A DNA stretch of 64,000 bases from Octopus vulgaris (Eukaryota), in contig OX597816.1 of the NCBI GenBank assembly GCA_951406725.2, positions 31,558,001-31,622,000 of the forward strand, written 5' to 3'. A program made the translations under genes and the position numbers. Shown here one piece after another: positions 14,100-28,245 of this stretch (its first letter is position 1; each line of letters starts with the position of its first letter). Below the pieces are notes generated by a model. That model was not told where the DNA came from. It did no database searches and was given only the letters and a program-made list of their open reading frames with translations.

Positions 14100-15945
14100 C
14101 ATGAAGACAAAAATCCCATGAAGCCTTTACAGTATCACTGCTAATTCTAACATTTTATTACTTCCCTGCCCTCTAGAAGAAATACGTGACATCAACTGGA
14201 AATCTCCACGGTAAAAGTGATATCGATAGGCTCAACTTAACAAAAGATAAAGGCAGCAGGGGCTTCAAGTCAGTGAATATAGCCTTCGGACCACGAATAG
14301 CCCTGGCAGAGATAACTTGCTCAACAAATTAGCGAAATAAATATGTTAACTTAGTGCTGAAAAGTGAAGAGAATATCCTACGTGGAGGCTGTGAGTTCCC
14401 GATGACATCCCAGACAAAGCCAAAACAGCAGAACTAGCATTCGTGAAAAAAGGCCTGAATGTGAAACGTCTAGCTTGCCAACAGAATGTTGCCAGAGTAT
14501 GTTTCGGAGGACTGAAAGGTGGCAGCAATATACATACAGTTCTGACACAAGGCCAGTAATTTGGGAGGAGAGTAAATCGATTGTATCTACCCAAGTGCTC
14601 AATTGATACTCAATTTCTGACCCCGAAAGAATGAATGGAAAAAGTCGACTTCACGAAATACGAAATCAGAACGTAAAGATGGACGAAATGCCGCTAAGGA
14701 TTTTGCCTGACGTCCTAACGATTCTACCAGCTAGCTGCCTTGAGCAAGACTAATATTGACAGAAAACGCAGTATTTTTCGGACTCGTCAACGTTACATAA
14801 TATCAAACTCGAAGGCTATGTGTTTAGAATCCAAAGAAAGGAAATTGCTACGAAACACCTCAAAAGATGTATTGAAGCCGTTGGAGATCCAAGATGTAGA
14901 GGGAAATGTACTTTGTCATATTTCTCCTGAAGACAGCACACAAATGATTAGCAACTGCTCAAAAATATGAAAGTACTATCTCCTCACCACACGACGTTTT
15001 CGTAAAAAAAACTATATACAATATCAGTCGGAAGGAACACTATCTTGGAATAAATAGGGAGAAATATGAACACAATGAATACTGGTGGAACATTCCAGTA
15101 GACAAATCTGGCTAGTTTAAACAGAACAGTTCTGATATTGTTCTTTGGGAGAGAGAGAGAGAGAGAGAGAAAACGAAATATTTTACATCAAAGAGGTCAA
15201 TTGTCTTATGGTGTTAATGTCTCTTAGAAAATCAAAATAGAGAAAGAGGATAGCTATCAAGAAAATGCTTCGAAGTCACTTGTCAACAACAGCAACCAAA
15301 ATAAATATATAAATTTAGTGCTAAAAAGCAAAGATGCGGGCAGTGAGCTCCTCGGGAAGTAATCGCTACTTGATGACTTCCCACACAACCACAAAGCAAC
15401 CGGACTAACATACCTGAAAGAAGACCTGCATGTGAAAAGATAAATAGAAAAGAAAAACGTTTATCCATGGATTTTCTCTGAAAACATGGAGAGAACTATT
15501 GACAGAGAGCGCAGCCTAACTTGGACCAATGAACAGTACACCACATCGCGCATAGAAGGATATGTATTTGCAGTTCAAAAACAGGAAATTCTTACGAAAT
15601 ACTCAATGTACAAAAATAATGTGTTGAAGCCCTTGGAGGTCTCAGGTGCAACTAAAATATGTAAATTAGATTACGTCATATTTCTAAAGAAGAAATTGCA
15701 TATATTATTAGATACAACCTTCTTATCCGAAACAACGTTGTTGCAAAAATAATATTCAATGCTATGCAGACAAATACTTCCTGGAATGAAAATAGTTAGC
15801 TCCACCTGTTCTTGGATACACACAGAAGCACCAGCACAAAGAATGCTGGTGGAACATTCCCATAAAATCATGCAGTAACACACAGGATGTTGTGTTTGTA
15901 ACAGACAAGGGAAGAATATATTGTCATGCAGGTTAGTTATCCTGC
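14100..15945 (+). mobile_element. two consecutive, heavily decayed R4/Dong LINE 3' fragments (family D); the first is interrupted by a SINE at 14545-14740
   Basis: KTNIDRKRS...(14740) and TIDRERSLTWTNEQYTTSRIEGYVFAVQKQEILTK (15486) align with ADVDQKQTHQWL...ESEGFILAAQDQSLLTR of the long element. YWWNIPV...SDIVLW near 15080-15150 matches ILWDFPV...PDIVV. Confidence 0.6.
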
Positions 15946-15955
15946 TGATACAGAA

Positions 15956-16263
15956 GTCACTCTGAAAATCAGAGACTAAATATAGACAGTCACCCTGAAA
16001 ACCAGAGACAAAATATAGACAGTCACTCTGAAAACCAGAGACTAAATATAGACAGTCACTCTGAAAACCAGAGACTAAATATAGACAGTCACTCTGAAAA
16101 CCAGAGACTAAATATAGACAGTCACTCTGAAAACCAGAGACTAAATATAGACAGTCACTCTGAAAACCAGAGACTAAATACAGACAGTCACTCTGAAAAC
16201 CAGAGACTAAATATAGACAGTCACTCTGAAAACCAGACTCTAAATATAGACAGTCACTCTGAA
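15956..16263. repeat. 33-bp minisatellite, ~9 copies, unit gtcactctgaaaaccagagactaaatatagaca
   Basis: Directly visible and nearly perfect; produces the SGFQSDCLYLV repeat in the ORF track. Confidence 0.97.
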
Positions 16264-16420
16264 ATCTCCAGCTTCTATTAAATTCGGTAAACCGATTCAT
16301 TTTGGAATTTCCCAATCAAGTTGTCTGCAACTCATTTTCAGCCAAAAGTTTACCAATTTCAACGGATTTGACGTCGATGTCACTTAGTTTGGTTGATTAG
16401 CTTAATTATCTTAACTTAAT

Positions 16421-16445
16421 CCCGGACAAAGCCGGGCTATACTGT

Positions 16446-16448
<3 letters not shown>
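16421..16448 (+). mobile_element. Helitron-like 3' terminus
   Basis: GC hairpin CCCGG-acaaag-CCGGG, then 8 nt, then TTAG|T (Helitron consensus: hairpin + CTRR|T). Confidence 0.5.
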
Positions 16449-16590
<142 letters not shown>

Positions 16591-18184
16591 TATGGTGATT
16601 CATAAACAAAATTAAATTCGATCACGAACTAACACCAGAGCTCTTGTTGTAAACATAATAGATGGCACATGCCCGTTCGCTGCGATATAGCAACTCGACT
16701 CCGGTGCCTTTATCGATTAATGGGATCGAACTGGTTACGATTCACATCCCCTGTTTATGACATTTTTTTTCTGTCTATGATTTTCAGGTGCTATTAGCGA
16801 GACATGCCCAAGTGGCTATATGCAGCTACTTTGTTAGAGAAACAAAACACATTCATTATAAGCTGTCGAAAAAATATAAACGTTGTGTGTGTGTGTATGT
16901 GTGTGTGTTTTGTGTTTGTGTGTGCGTACGAGCATGTATGTGTGTCTGTGAATGCGTGTTTCAGTTCCGGGCTACCCATCCTTACTGCTTTTGTGATTCC
17001 AGTATATCTCTAAAGTTCATACGGAACTTTGCTGACAGAAGTGTGTTACTAAGTATATCAGATTTTATATATTCGAACGATGGTATATTTGTTGTTGTAT
17101 GCATGCAAGGCTATGGCCGTTTCAAACGCACTACAGATTACAAAGGAAACGATAGAGGTAATATCAAACACAATGATATATGCATATAGACGTACTCATA
17201 TAAATAAACACACATATATTTTTGAGTGACAATGTGGAAAGTATGTGGGCTTTGTGAGTGTGTCTGTGTGTGTGTAAATAGGAGCCTGAATGTATATGAA
17301 TGTATTCGTGTGTGTGTGTATGTATTGCTCTACCGAAAACACCAATAAAGGAACCATGTAAGTCCATTATTTAGAATATTCATGAATTTCTTAGCCGGCC
17401 AGACAGTGCGCGGTATGCGCGAGCGAGTCCTATATATCCGTACAAAGCAACTGGAATGACATGTAAGTTAATTTCCCGGCGGAAATCATAGAGAACAGAA
17501 ATATGTCCATTCACTGGTGTTGTAATTCTTCAGGCGAAAATTAAAGTCCATTCAATTGGAATTTCTGGAGATGTGTGTATGTCTGTATGCTTATGTTTGT
17601 GTACACAAGCGCGTTTCTCCATGTATATTTTAGTCACCGAATCATCTCTCAATTTTTCTTGTATTGAGTCAACCCGACATAAGCCAAACACTTTGATCGC
17701 ATTTTCTTTCCTCTAGTTCTGCGAGCTTACAGAATTCATCGAGCTGCATGTATAACGTTCTCGTCGGTTGTGATCTGTCCGCTCATCTCGTGTCTGGCAA
17801 GAATTAACGAAATGCCAGTCCTGACGAAGTATTCGGTAATCTAGACATATCCGCTTCCTTCTAACTATTTATCTCATCAACGCAGAAATCTTTTTCTGCA
17901 GAAGTATTTCGAAATGTTTGTGGCTAGAAACCCTTGTGATAATTTGGCAAAAACAAGTTTCAAATCCTCTAATACTGAATTATATGATTCTAATTTCTGA
18001 TATTAGACAGGGAATAGATAGAACATGTTGCTTTTTTCGGCAAACTGAATTTGAGTGGTTTTCTTATATCTTTATTCGATTCATATCGCTTCTCTTTATA
18101 TTTCATATTCTATAGAGTCTTTGAACACCATGTTTCATCCATTAACACTGACATGTATCTATATATTGAGGCATGCGTATATAT

Positions 18185-18227
<43 letters not shown>

Positions 18228-18317
18228 CATATATATATGTACATATATATATAGATAGATGTAATTGTGCAGATGTATTTACATATGTACGTATGTATAT
18301 ATATATATATATATACA

Positions 18318-18418
<101 letters not shown>

Positions 18419-18597
18419 GTATGTGTACAGCTATGCGTGAATATGTGTACGTATCCATGTATGCACAAAGATATGCTCTAATCTATCAAGACACTTTAAG
18501 ATTTTAATTATATATAAAATTGGGCATGGTGATTTGATATTCTATTTCTTCCGCCGAGAAATGCAATAATGATAAAATTACAACAAACTACTGCTGT

Positions 18598-18642
<45 letters not shown>

Positions 18643-21354
18643 AGTTTCTGCTGGTTGTGATGCTGCAACAACTCCTACTTTTTCTTTTTACTTTCATCAT
18701 AATCTTTTGTAATTTTATCATTTTCATCAACATTGTTATTAAAATCGTTATTAATTTTATTATTATTTACTTGGAGTAGAATATTTAAATTGGTGCAAAA
18801 AGTAGTTAATTAAATTTCTTGTTGCTTTCTGCTCAGTTTCTGTGTCAGCCACTCACTAATTAATGCTTGCTTTAATTGAATTCTTACGACACGCACGATT
18901 TCTGATAGAGATGTGCCATCATTTTAAATGCTTTTGTAGCTGTCAGTGATTAATTCCATGATATTAGTTAATGTTATACTTTATGTCAAAATAAAATTTA
19001 CTTTCTTCAGTCAGACTATCTAATGAGTGAAGTGATAAAAGATATTCCGCTATAGATTAACATGCCATGGTGAGAATGGGGAACCGGGTGCGAAAATTTT
19101 GTAATAAAATGATAAAGGGTATGTTTATGGTAACATTTGGTGAAAAATATATAAATAAATAAATAAACAGAGAAATAATTTTCAAAGGAGTGCATGTGAA
19201 AGGAAGTACATGGTGGTGTAATACTGTTGAAAAGATTGCAAAGAAGTGGTCTGATGAAAAAATAATAATTAAAACTAAAGTGTAATATAAAAAAATAATT
19301 AATTAAAAAGAAATTAATAGAAGAAAGAAGATTTATAGCAATTTCCACTGATGTGCAAAATATAAAACCCTGTGATAGATGAATGGAATATAGGGAGTAT
19401 GTTTAAAAAATTCGTATAGAGATACAATTAACTTAAATATGGGAACTTCAGACAAGCCTCATCATATATATATATAAGATTGCCAGTAATTTTTCTGATA
19501 TTAGGAAGTTTCTTTGCATACTTTCAACAGAATAACTGACATCAATTCTTAAACAATGTTATTTACTTCCTAGTGTAGATATTGCAGAAATAATTTAAAA
19601 AAAACATTGCACAAAAAAGAAACATAAATAATACAAAAAGAAACATTACATAACATCTTTGTTTTACATTTTAAATCATTTTGTTCAGTTTATTTGAAAA
19701 TATGTTACTTCTCAATAATTTACAGCTTTGCTTGTTTTCTATTTCTACACAGTTCTTCATTGTTATTTGATGATATCCTCCTCAAAGTTTTATCCATTTG
19801 TTTTACACTTTTATATTTTTCAGAAAAAAGAGAAAAAAGGTTGATAATATTTATTTCTCCTACCTACTGATTGTTCATACGTTTGCATTAGTTGTCTTTT
19901 CTTTCACTGCATTTCTTCTTTTGTAATCTCTTACAGCAGAACATTTGATCCTTTCTTTAAGCTGCTTGATTATTAAGAAACGTTGGTGCCTTTTATTATC
20001 ATACTTCGTGCCTCACGCACGAAATATAATGATTCTTGTTTCCAAACATTGCTTCATAGATTTGTATATATATATATATATATTGTATTTGTGCTATGCA
20101 GTTTTGTCTTTTACACATTCTGTGATTACTCAGATTCTCGTGTCATTTTCATACCTTCCTAATGACAGCCAATAAACAGCATTACTGTGAGCGTGGATAA
20201 GGTTTCATGCGACCATTTTTATGAACGCATAACCTTGATGTCATTTCACGTCAATCAGGAAGAAATATACTAAAAAAGATTTCCGGCAAAGTTCGTAAAA
20301 ATAAACAGCAAAATAAATCGTTGATTTAAAGTTTCCCTGCAAAAATGCATTATATCTCTGCATAAAAATTCTAACAGCAAATAATACAATACATGCACGT
20401 TAGATTATCTGTAACTGGAAAAACAGGATTCTAAGGAGAATGCAGTCATTCTTTCGGCAGGGCATTTCTATGCTAGCGTTCTCCTTGTGTAGGATTAGTA
20501 ATTCCTGACAACATATAGACATATCCATATGTATGCGTATGTGTCCATGCGTGTGTTTGTATGCATACACCTAGATATATATGTGTGTTATATTTACGTA
20601 TAACTGTATATAGGTGTTAACGTAGTGTAATTTCTGTAAACCAGTTAATGATATTTAGAGTTAATTTTTCTGTAAGTCCAATACAATATAAATTGAAATG
20701 TTAAAAGAAATGACGAACAATGGCAAATCTTATTATTTTGAAGTTAATGCCATATATGAACGTACGATATTGAAAACAGATTATTTTTTGCTGAAGTATG
20801 TAGGAGTTATTCAGCTATTTAATGTGGAGAATTAACCTGATAATCAAATTGTCTGTTATATAATAATGCCTTCATAGTAACAGTAAAATCTCAGCTATGT
20901 CTTTCTGAGAGTGCTTTCTGCGCATGTTCTATCGAGGAAGAAAATATTACATTTTCTAAAAATTTATAAGTGTACCACATAAGTACATGAACGGATGTTC
21001 ACTCATGTGGCATTTGACCAGTGTGCACAGGTAATAATTTATGCAACCTGAGAACATTTTAATGTTTACTTCAACTCTACGTATTACTTGTGGGAACATA
21101 GAAATAGTCACTTCATAGAAATATGGCACTCTTCGATATATATGGGTTATCAGAGTTTGATAAAATTCAATCGATGACCCTGATATTTTAGATTATTTTA
21201 AATCCCTTGACCGCTCGCGACCGAATAAGACCCATTTCTGTGTACGTTGCATACCTGAGACAGTTAACTCTTAATCGAAGAAATCGTCTCAAGTACATAA
21301 TTTTCAAAGGTACCATTTATTCTACCACCCCCTCTCTCTCCCTCTTTCAGTCTC

Positions 21355-21418
<64 letters not shown>

Positions 21419-21564
21419 CATAGGCGAGGCTCTCTGGTAAGACGATTGCTTCTCAGCCACATGCCTTTAGCTTCAGTTCTATTACGTGTCATCATGGGAG
21501 AGTGGTTTCTACTATGGCCTAAGGCCGACCAAAGACTTGTGAGGGCACTTGGCAGACGAAGTTG

Positions 21565-23232
21565 CAATGATAACATTTTTGAAAACAACTATGGCCTGAG
21601 GAATTTTCTATGACGTCAGGTTTTTTGTTAAAAAAGAATTCCATTTTCTTTTACCAAAATATGTTAATTTCTCTATTAAATTATTAAATGCAATACTGAA
21701 ATAAACTTACTTAAACCCAATAGTATTTATTATTCTTTATCAGACAACTTATGCAAAACGTTTAATTACACATCTTGCGATAGTATTTCTGTGACACTGG
21801 TGTTTCCGCTACTCAAGGAACGAACTTCCACTTTGCTGTTTTATGTAAATAAATTGCATGGTGATAGCTACCTTACAATGGCCTGCAGTAGACATCACCA
21901 TGTTGGTTTTCCAACAGCCTTGATACCTAGCCTCGATGTCTAGGTTCTCGATACCTTTCTTTGTTCTCGATGTGTTGGTTGTTCTTGATGTCTTGGTTGA
22001 ATCTTCCTCCTAGCTTATCACTTATTGCCGTATGACTTTCAAGGACGTAGTCCGTATGTCTGTGCACGAAATACACGCATGTTGCAGCCCAGTGATCGAA
22101 AATTGGTTAACACATTTTGCACAAACTCTTCATGATTTTATGGCTTCCTTTTTCCCGGGAAATCAGATACAGGTGCATTAAAAACATTCCATGCTTCTCT
22201 TTCTATGCAAAGCAAGTTCTCCAAAAATAAATTGACCTGCAAGAGCCACTTAACATGTGGTCCATCAAACACACCAAAACTATTTTCTCATAAGACTAAA
22301 CTGGAAACTTTTTGCACTGTCTCAGTGTTCCAACACGTTTTGCACCCTACATGGGGTGCCAAAGATTTATCTCGTCACTCAGTTTCATGTAAGGAGGTAA
22401 AGTAAGCTTTCTTCACATAATCCAGAATTAAGCAGAAGACATCTGAGCTCTTTTTACACACTCTTCTCTTACACCTTACCCTATATCTCAAACACAAAAG
22501 AGCCTTTTGACACCTGGGGAAAGCATTTTCAGAATGGTCAACAATTATAAAATAAGCAAATGCAGATTTATGATAACAAAGTTCCATGAAGAGCATAACT
22601 ACCATGAAGTTCTTTTTGCAGTTCTTTGACCATGCTTGACGAAAAGTTACCTTGATCCGTCTGAATTCAAAATTAAAACATTAAGAGCACATTTGAAATA
22701 CCAGTTTTCTTAAGAAACTGTTAAAGTTTCAACAAAACATGTAAAATCTAGTTTGTAACGATAGTCACACTAAATTAAGCAGAGAGTAGGCATATCTACA
22801 TACAAATTTCATACATATGACAGGTGTGGGGTGTCAAGGACCACAAAATATGTTATTTTGTAACATCTAATTGTAGAAAGCATATTTCTGTCATCATCAG
22901 GATATTTGAAACTGGCTACATTGAAAATAGTAAAAGTTGCTTAAGTTTCATACTTTTATTTACTGAAGATACGAAAATCATGTTTTGTGTTTTCACATTG
23001 AAAACTATGTCTTCAAAGTTATGGCAATCTCCATACGTGTGTTCGCATTTGATGAAGTTAAATCTATCCTTAGAAACAGTGATAATTACAGAAATGTTTA
23101 AAAATGGATATCTGAATTTCTGAAAAGTCTTGACGGGATAGAGCAAAATGACTTCTGTTTGAGCTCAACATCTCAAAACGAATAGGAAACATGTCTCCAG
23201 TATCAGTCAACACAAAGCCCTGTTTCCCAATG
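21565..23232 (-). mobile_element. decayed Chapaev3-like (CMC superfamily) DNA transposon
   Basis: Minus-strand remnants CKKSSDVFC, VKKAYF, DKSLAPHVGCKTC, EAWNVF, LGCNM and EARYQGCW match the recalled Chapaev3 motifs CxNxPDxFC, DKxWAPH, LGCNMS and ERRYQGRW. One terminus reads CATTGGGAAAC (23232 inward), and both ends carry a ctat(c/g)ncgtca-type subterminal motif. Boundaries are approximate. Confidence 0.72.
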
Positions 23233-24009
23233 TAAATGATAAAGAAAACGGAAGATGGATTTAGGACGAATATTTATTCAGAATGAAGATCGTTTCGACC
23301 CATTCTGCAGCTGTTCATTAAGGGTAGAATATTGAGCATCTAGTTCTGTCATATCGATCAGTGCAGGCTGTGTCCCTTCAGGTTTTGGTGCAAATAATAC
23401 CTTACTACATATGCTGAGACATCCTTGGCGTGTTGTTGTCGATCGATGTATGTGGGTACTCTGATAGAATATACAAAGAGTTTGTGGTTGTAATCCGCAA
23501 CCAGGACGAGCTATAGTTTACAACAAACATATAACATAAATTAAAGCCATGATGGATAGAGTATTAGGCGCTCAAAATAAGTTGAAATTAACAAAGATGG
23601 GCATACTCTCGTTGACATGAACACATATATCAACGCACACAAACGTGCGCGCGATTCGCTACAAAAATGTCATTTGATGTGGTCACAAACTATCAGTATG
23701 AAGGTTATGAAACATATGCCTGTTATGTAGCACCTCACCGCGTAGCAAATTGCACAGTTAGTCACATATTACCGCACCTTAGAAGGTTGTTCGTTGCACA
23801 TGCTCAACCGTACATAAATATATACACTTAAATTTATTTTTAGCGGTTTTTTGGCACACGCACAAACTCACTCATAATGGTGTTTATATACTTTCCTATA
23901 CAGACTCATTGATATATCTCTATATGTATATATATACTTGTCCATATTGCATTCGGATTTGTGTTTATAAAAGAAGAAGATATATAATAACAGATAACTT
24001 TATCAAAAG

Positions 24010-25147
24010 ATTCTATGACGATAAAAACTAGACATTCCTTTCTATAATATTATTCACTAATTCCACCTTCAGCTTCCACTACTGCTTCTATATGATATCT
24101 AAATAATCTACATGCTCGAATCACGTGCTCCGGGATCATTTTGGACATTAATATTACTATGGCTGCCTTACAAATAATATTTGGTCTTTGTCGACATCGC
24201 TCCACCTGTAATATTCCAATGGACTGCGATCTCGGGAATTAGGAGTCCAAATGTTAGGGGTCATGTGAAAATAACCTCCATTCCTGTCTTACTAGAGCCA
24301 TATGTGTTAGTGCAGAGTCGTATTGACACACATATGGCCTTCCATAGCATACAGTGTCTATGCAAGTATTAACAAATATATCCAGAACCTCAATGTGGGC
24401 GGCAGACTTAACTCTAAGGCTTTGTGGAAAGACGTAAGGAGGCATTACATGTACTTCAATGCTGACAACCCCTGAAAGCATGGCAATTTCAGGAAAGTTT
24501 GTATGCATAACACTTGGAACTTCAGAAGTGTCTGCACATAAAACAATCTGCCATTTCTTCTGTTAACTTGGTCGTGTGAGAAAAAAAGAAATCAAATCTT
24601 TTTTAGCTGGAATTTTCAATTTGTTTAAGAACATTTTAGATCTGATGTAGTGATCTTCGTTTACTTTTTCTTACAAATAGACCTTTCATTATTATATACG
24701 ACCTGTATCGGATGTCTTCGAGGACAACATTTCTCACTCTTCCTTCTAACACATGGAGACCTTTTGCAATTGGCCTCATGAATTTTCTGGGATGGTAATT
24801 AATAGTCTGTTGAATTTGTCTGACAAGTTCAGGTATTCTCATAATTTCAGAGTGTTTAGAATGCATTTTATGCTTTGATATAGGTAATACGTTTCAATCT
24901 TCTGTCTCTAGGTCCTGACAAACTTTGTAGACTAAAGATCTGGGAACTTTTAAAAATCGAGATATTTTTAAATCGCTATGCTCAGATTCTGTCACCACAA
25001 TAACAACATGCTTCTTCATTCTTTAAGTAAGCTGAGTGTTTGCCATTATTAATCTTCTCAAAGAAAGATTATACAGATTTAGCAAAAAATGCAACCATGA
25101 ACTCCCCCCACAAAAAAAATATGGCCTCGAAAACCTTAAGCACTCTG
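24010..25147 (-). mobile_element. decayed Tc1/mariner element (probably DD37D/maT-type)
   Basis: MHTNFP..MLSGVVSIEVHVMPP..FPQSLRV...GRPYVCQYDSALTH (QQDxAPxH motif) followed by an NSRDRSPLEYYRW (NSPDLNPLDY) remnant. HTH-like region at 24636-24866. End TA|CAGAGTG at 25141-25149. Confidence 0.85.
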
Positions 25148-26439
25148 TATGTATGTATGTGTATTTGTATGTATTTATGCATGTATACATATATCGATAT
25201 ATAGTTAAATTGATAGATTGATAAATAGAATGAAGGATACATAGATAGATAGGTAGATGTTTGTGGAGGTGGGGTGAGTCTGTTTATGCGCATGTCTGTG
25301 GCTATGTATTCAATAAAATAATAATTTTGCTCCGTATGTGTAAATGTGAATTCGCCCCATCTAGGTTGTGGCTCCCTTTGTTAAAAGTAGTAGCAAAACA
25401 TATCACAGACAACACCCCTAATAAAAGTTAAGAAGCTATTGCTCAATAGCTTTATGCTTTCGCTTCAGTAACCTTTCTTTCAGCTAATTAAGACATCCTC
25501 AGACTCGATAATTAGAATTGGAACACGTAATGTTCGTGAGTATGAAGTGATATTATTCGTTTTGTTAATTGGAAGAATAAAAGAAACAGGATAAAATCAA
25601 TAATTGGAGCCGCTGATGTAGTAAGAGTCGAAAAGGAGCATACTGAATATAAAAGGAAATAACAAAGGAGAGAAAAGTTTGGAGTGAGGGGGTGCTACGT
25701 TGAACGTGCTAACAAGGAAGGCATTATATCCCAGATTGTAGAGGAGATAGTTAATAGCTAAGAAATGAAATGAAAGCTGAGAACGAACCTACCCGCGGTG
25801 TCATAAAGGGCATGTATTAGAATCATATATATATTTTACAATTATGTATCTATCATTTTTCACAGATAAAGGTATATATATTTCCGCTATTCATAAAAAA
25901 ATATACTAGCACATGTTTCTTTCTTTGTGATTATATCTGCGTATTGATGTTAGTTGATGTCATAGTGTATACAGCGAAAAAATCAGCAATTGCATATTCC
26001 TGTTGCTCTGTTGCATGTGCAGTTTCAGTGAAAGTTTAGACGTATTTTTCATATACATGCACACACATACACACACACGCACACAGACACACACACACAC
26101 GCATACACATACACATATATGCATTTGTGTATGTAAGTGATGTGTGTGTTTGTTTGCACTTTGGGTTTAGGTGTATTTACGCGCGCGTTTTTTTACTGAT
26201 ATACAATTATATAATGTGGCATATTTATCTTGTTAGCGGCAGCAAAGTAATATTTGATAAGTCTGACTCGGGTTACACATATATGCATATACCCATATAT
26301 ACGTGTGTTTGTGTTTACATATATGTATGTATATACAGTGAACCATATAATATAATGTTGATAAATTTGAATTAGAACAAGAAATGGCAAAAGAGATGGA
26401 GAAGAAGCATAGTCAAGTTGGTGTTTCTATGTTCATTAG

Positions 26440-26775
26440 TGGAGGGGTAATGGCCCAGTGTTTAGGGCAGCGGATTGGCGGTCGTAGGATCGCAGTTTCA
26501 ATTCCCAGACCGACCGTCGTGAGTGTTTATTGAGCGAAAACACCTAAAGCACCACGAGGGACTGCCAGGGGGTTGTGAAGTCCTCTGCTGCACTCTTTCA
26601 CCACAACTTCTTCCTTTTTCTCTTGTACCTGTATTTTAAAGGGCCAGCCATGTCACATTATATGTCACGCAGAATCTCCTCGAGAACTACGTTAAATTTA
26701 CACTTGTCTGTAGAATACTCAGCCACTTGCACGTTAATTTCAGGAACAGTCTGTTCCGTTGATCGGATCAACTAA
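26440..26775 (+). mobile_element. tRNA-derived SINE, family S2
   Basis: Same head as 8465. Its tail matches the reverse complement of 41855-41935. Confidence 0.85.
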
Positions 26776-27988
26776 TATTTCTCTGTGTTTGTGGCAATAA
26801 TTTTACCTCACATTTGTAAAATGCCTTAGAATATTTATTTAAGGTCTTTGTATTTTACTCATAATATCATATTACATGGAGCCCATGAATACTGCTTGTT
26901 TGGATTTTGATTACTCACTGGTGTTGTGTTCTGGCAAAGGTGGGTAAAAGAGAAAATTGCCGCCAAGCATACCAATAAATGCATATTGAATTCATCTATG
27001 CAACTTGTGTCAGAAATATTCGTAGTTTCATCGAAATCTAAGTAATAGCATTAAATTTATGCTCACTTTTCGTTCATTATTTTTAGCGTTATAAGGCATG
27101 TCTTGTATTCGCCGTACCACAGTATTTCTTGATAAATGAATCATAGCAATTCCTTGCTACGATGTCTCCACGCATTGCTGAGGTAATAGTTTTGACACGA
27201 TGCGGAAATAGTTCGATTACTGCTGTATATTATGTAGCATTCTTTGTTATTTTAAATGACATATCAAGCATTGAAACAGACAGTTTTCTTATCCGTGGCA
27301 TTTGCTGCGTTTTTTGCACTAGCATTCGTGGTGAACATTTCAATGGAAATATTAAGAGCTGTTCATACTGTTCCTAATGCTTCGTTCGAAATGTCGGGCG
27401 ATTTAATCTGGCTTCATGCCTTTTATTGGAGAAAGTTACAAAGCACTCTCTCGTCTCATATGGCTTTCATGGTAGCTGCATATAAATCAAATCATATCTT
27501 CGTATGAAAATATTTACTAGTTTTTCCGACATGAAATTTAAACTTTTCACATAATTATGCCGCTCTTTACATGTGTTTCCGATATGCTTGCTATATTTTA
27601 AATATATTCTTCACTAGTAATCTACTCCATGCTAATTACAAGTATAACATTTCTTTTCTGTCGAAACCAGTAATAAAAATGATACGATATTTGAAAGTTT
27701 GGCCAATCAGAAACCTACGTTGCTAGCATGCCAGAAATCGAATTATATTTTTCTATTAAGTTTAAGATGATAATTTTACGAAGCCTTTAATGATTTTTTT
27801 TCATCAATGGACACAGGGTAATGAAAATATAAGAAAGTGATTACAAAGCTGGCAAAAGAAAGAAGAATATTTAACATTTTCTTTTTATTATACACGTCTC
27901 CAGTTCTATATTTAAGCGATGAAGAATTATGTATATTATTTACATTATTTACATTTGACGGATATTTGCCCTCATCTTATTTGTTGTT

Positions 27989-28034
27989 AACACAACGTTT
28001 CGGCTGATATACTCTCCAGCCTTCATCGGGTGTC
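27989..28034 (-). ncRNA. minimal type I hammerhead ribozyme motif (Penelope-type), with U4>C mutation
   Basis: Minus strand reads GACAC-CCGAUGA-A-GGCUG-gagaguauau-CAGCC-GAAAC-GUU-GUGUU: stem I GACAC/GUGUU, stem II GGCUG/CAGCC, palindromic ACGU stem III. Confidence 0.75.
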
Positions 28035-28133
28035 TTGGGGAAATTTTGAACCTGGGTTCTCATTCCTAACGTATTTTTCAATATTTTTGTTATTATTATT
28101 ATCATTATTATTATTATTATTATTATTGCCCTC

Positions 28134-28204
28134 GGGCATATGGCGTAGTAGTTAAGAGCGCGGGCTACTAATACTAAGATTCCGAGTTCGATTCCAAGCA
28201 GTGA
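28134..28204 (+). ncRNA. tRNA-like Pol III head (not a functional tRNA)
   Basis: A box TGGCGTAGTAG, B box GAGTTCGATTCC, anticodon-like loop CT-ACT-AA. Acceptor stem is poor. Confidence 0.75.
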
Positions 28205-28206
28205 TA

Positions 28207-28245
<39 letters not shown>

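Noticed and set aside
15671-16315. 214-aa ORF with an 11-aa repeat; the array looks superficially CRISPR-like
   Set aside because: It is a head-to-tail 33-bp minisatellite with no unique spacers and no cas genes in a eukaryotic context. The ORF exists because the unit length is a multiple of 3.
28134-28204. Possible tRNA-Ser(ACT) gene
   Set aside because: No proper acceptor stem or long variable arm, and it lies inside a TSD-flanked repeat. The SINE heads at 8465, 12292 and 26440 were rejected as tRNAs for similar reasons.
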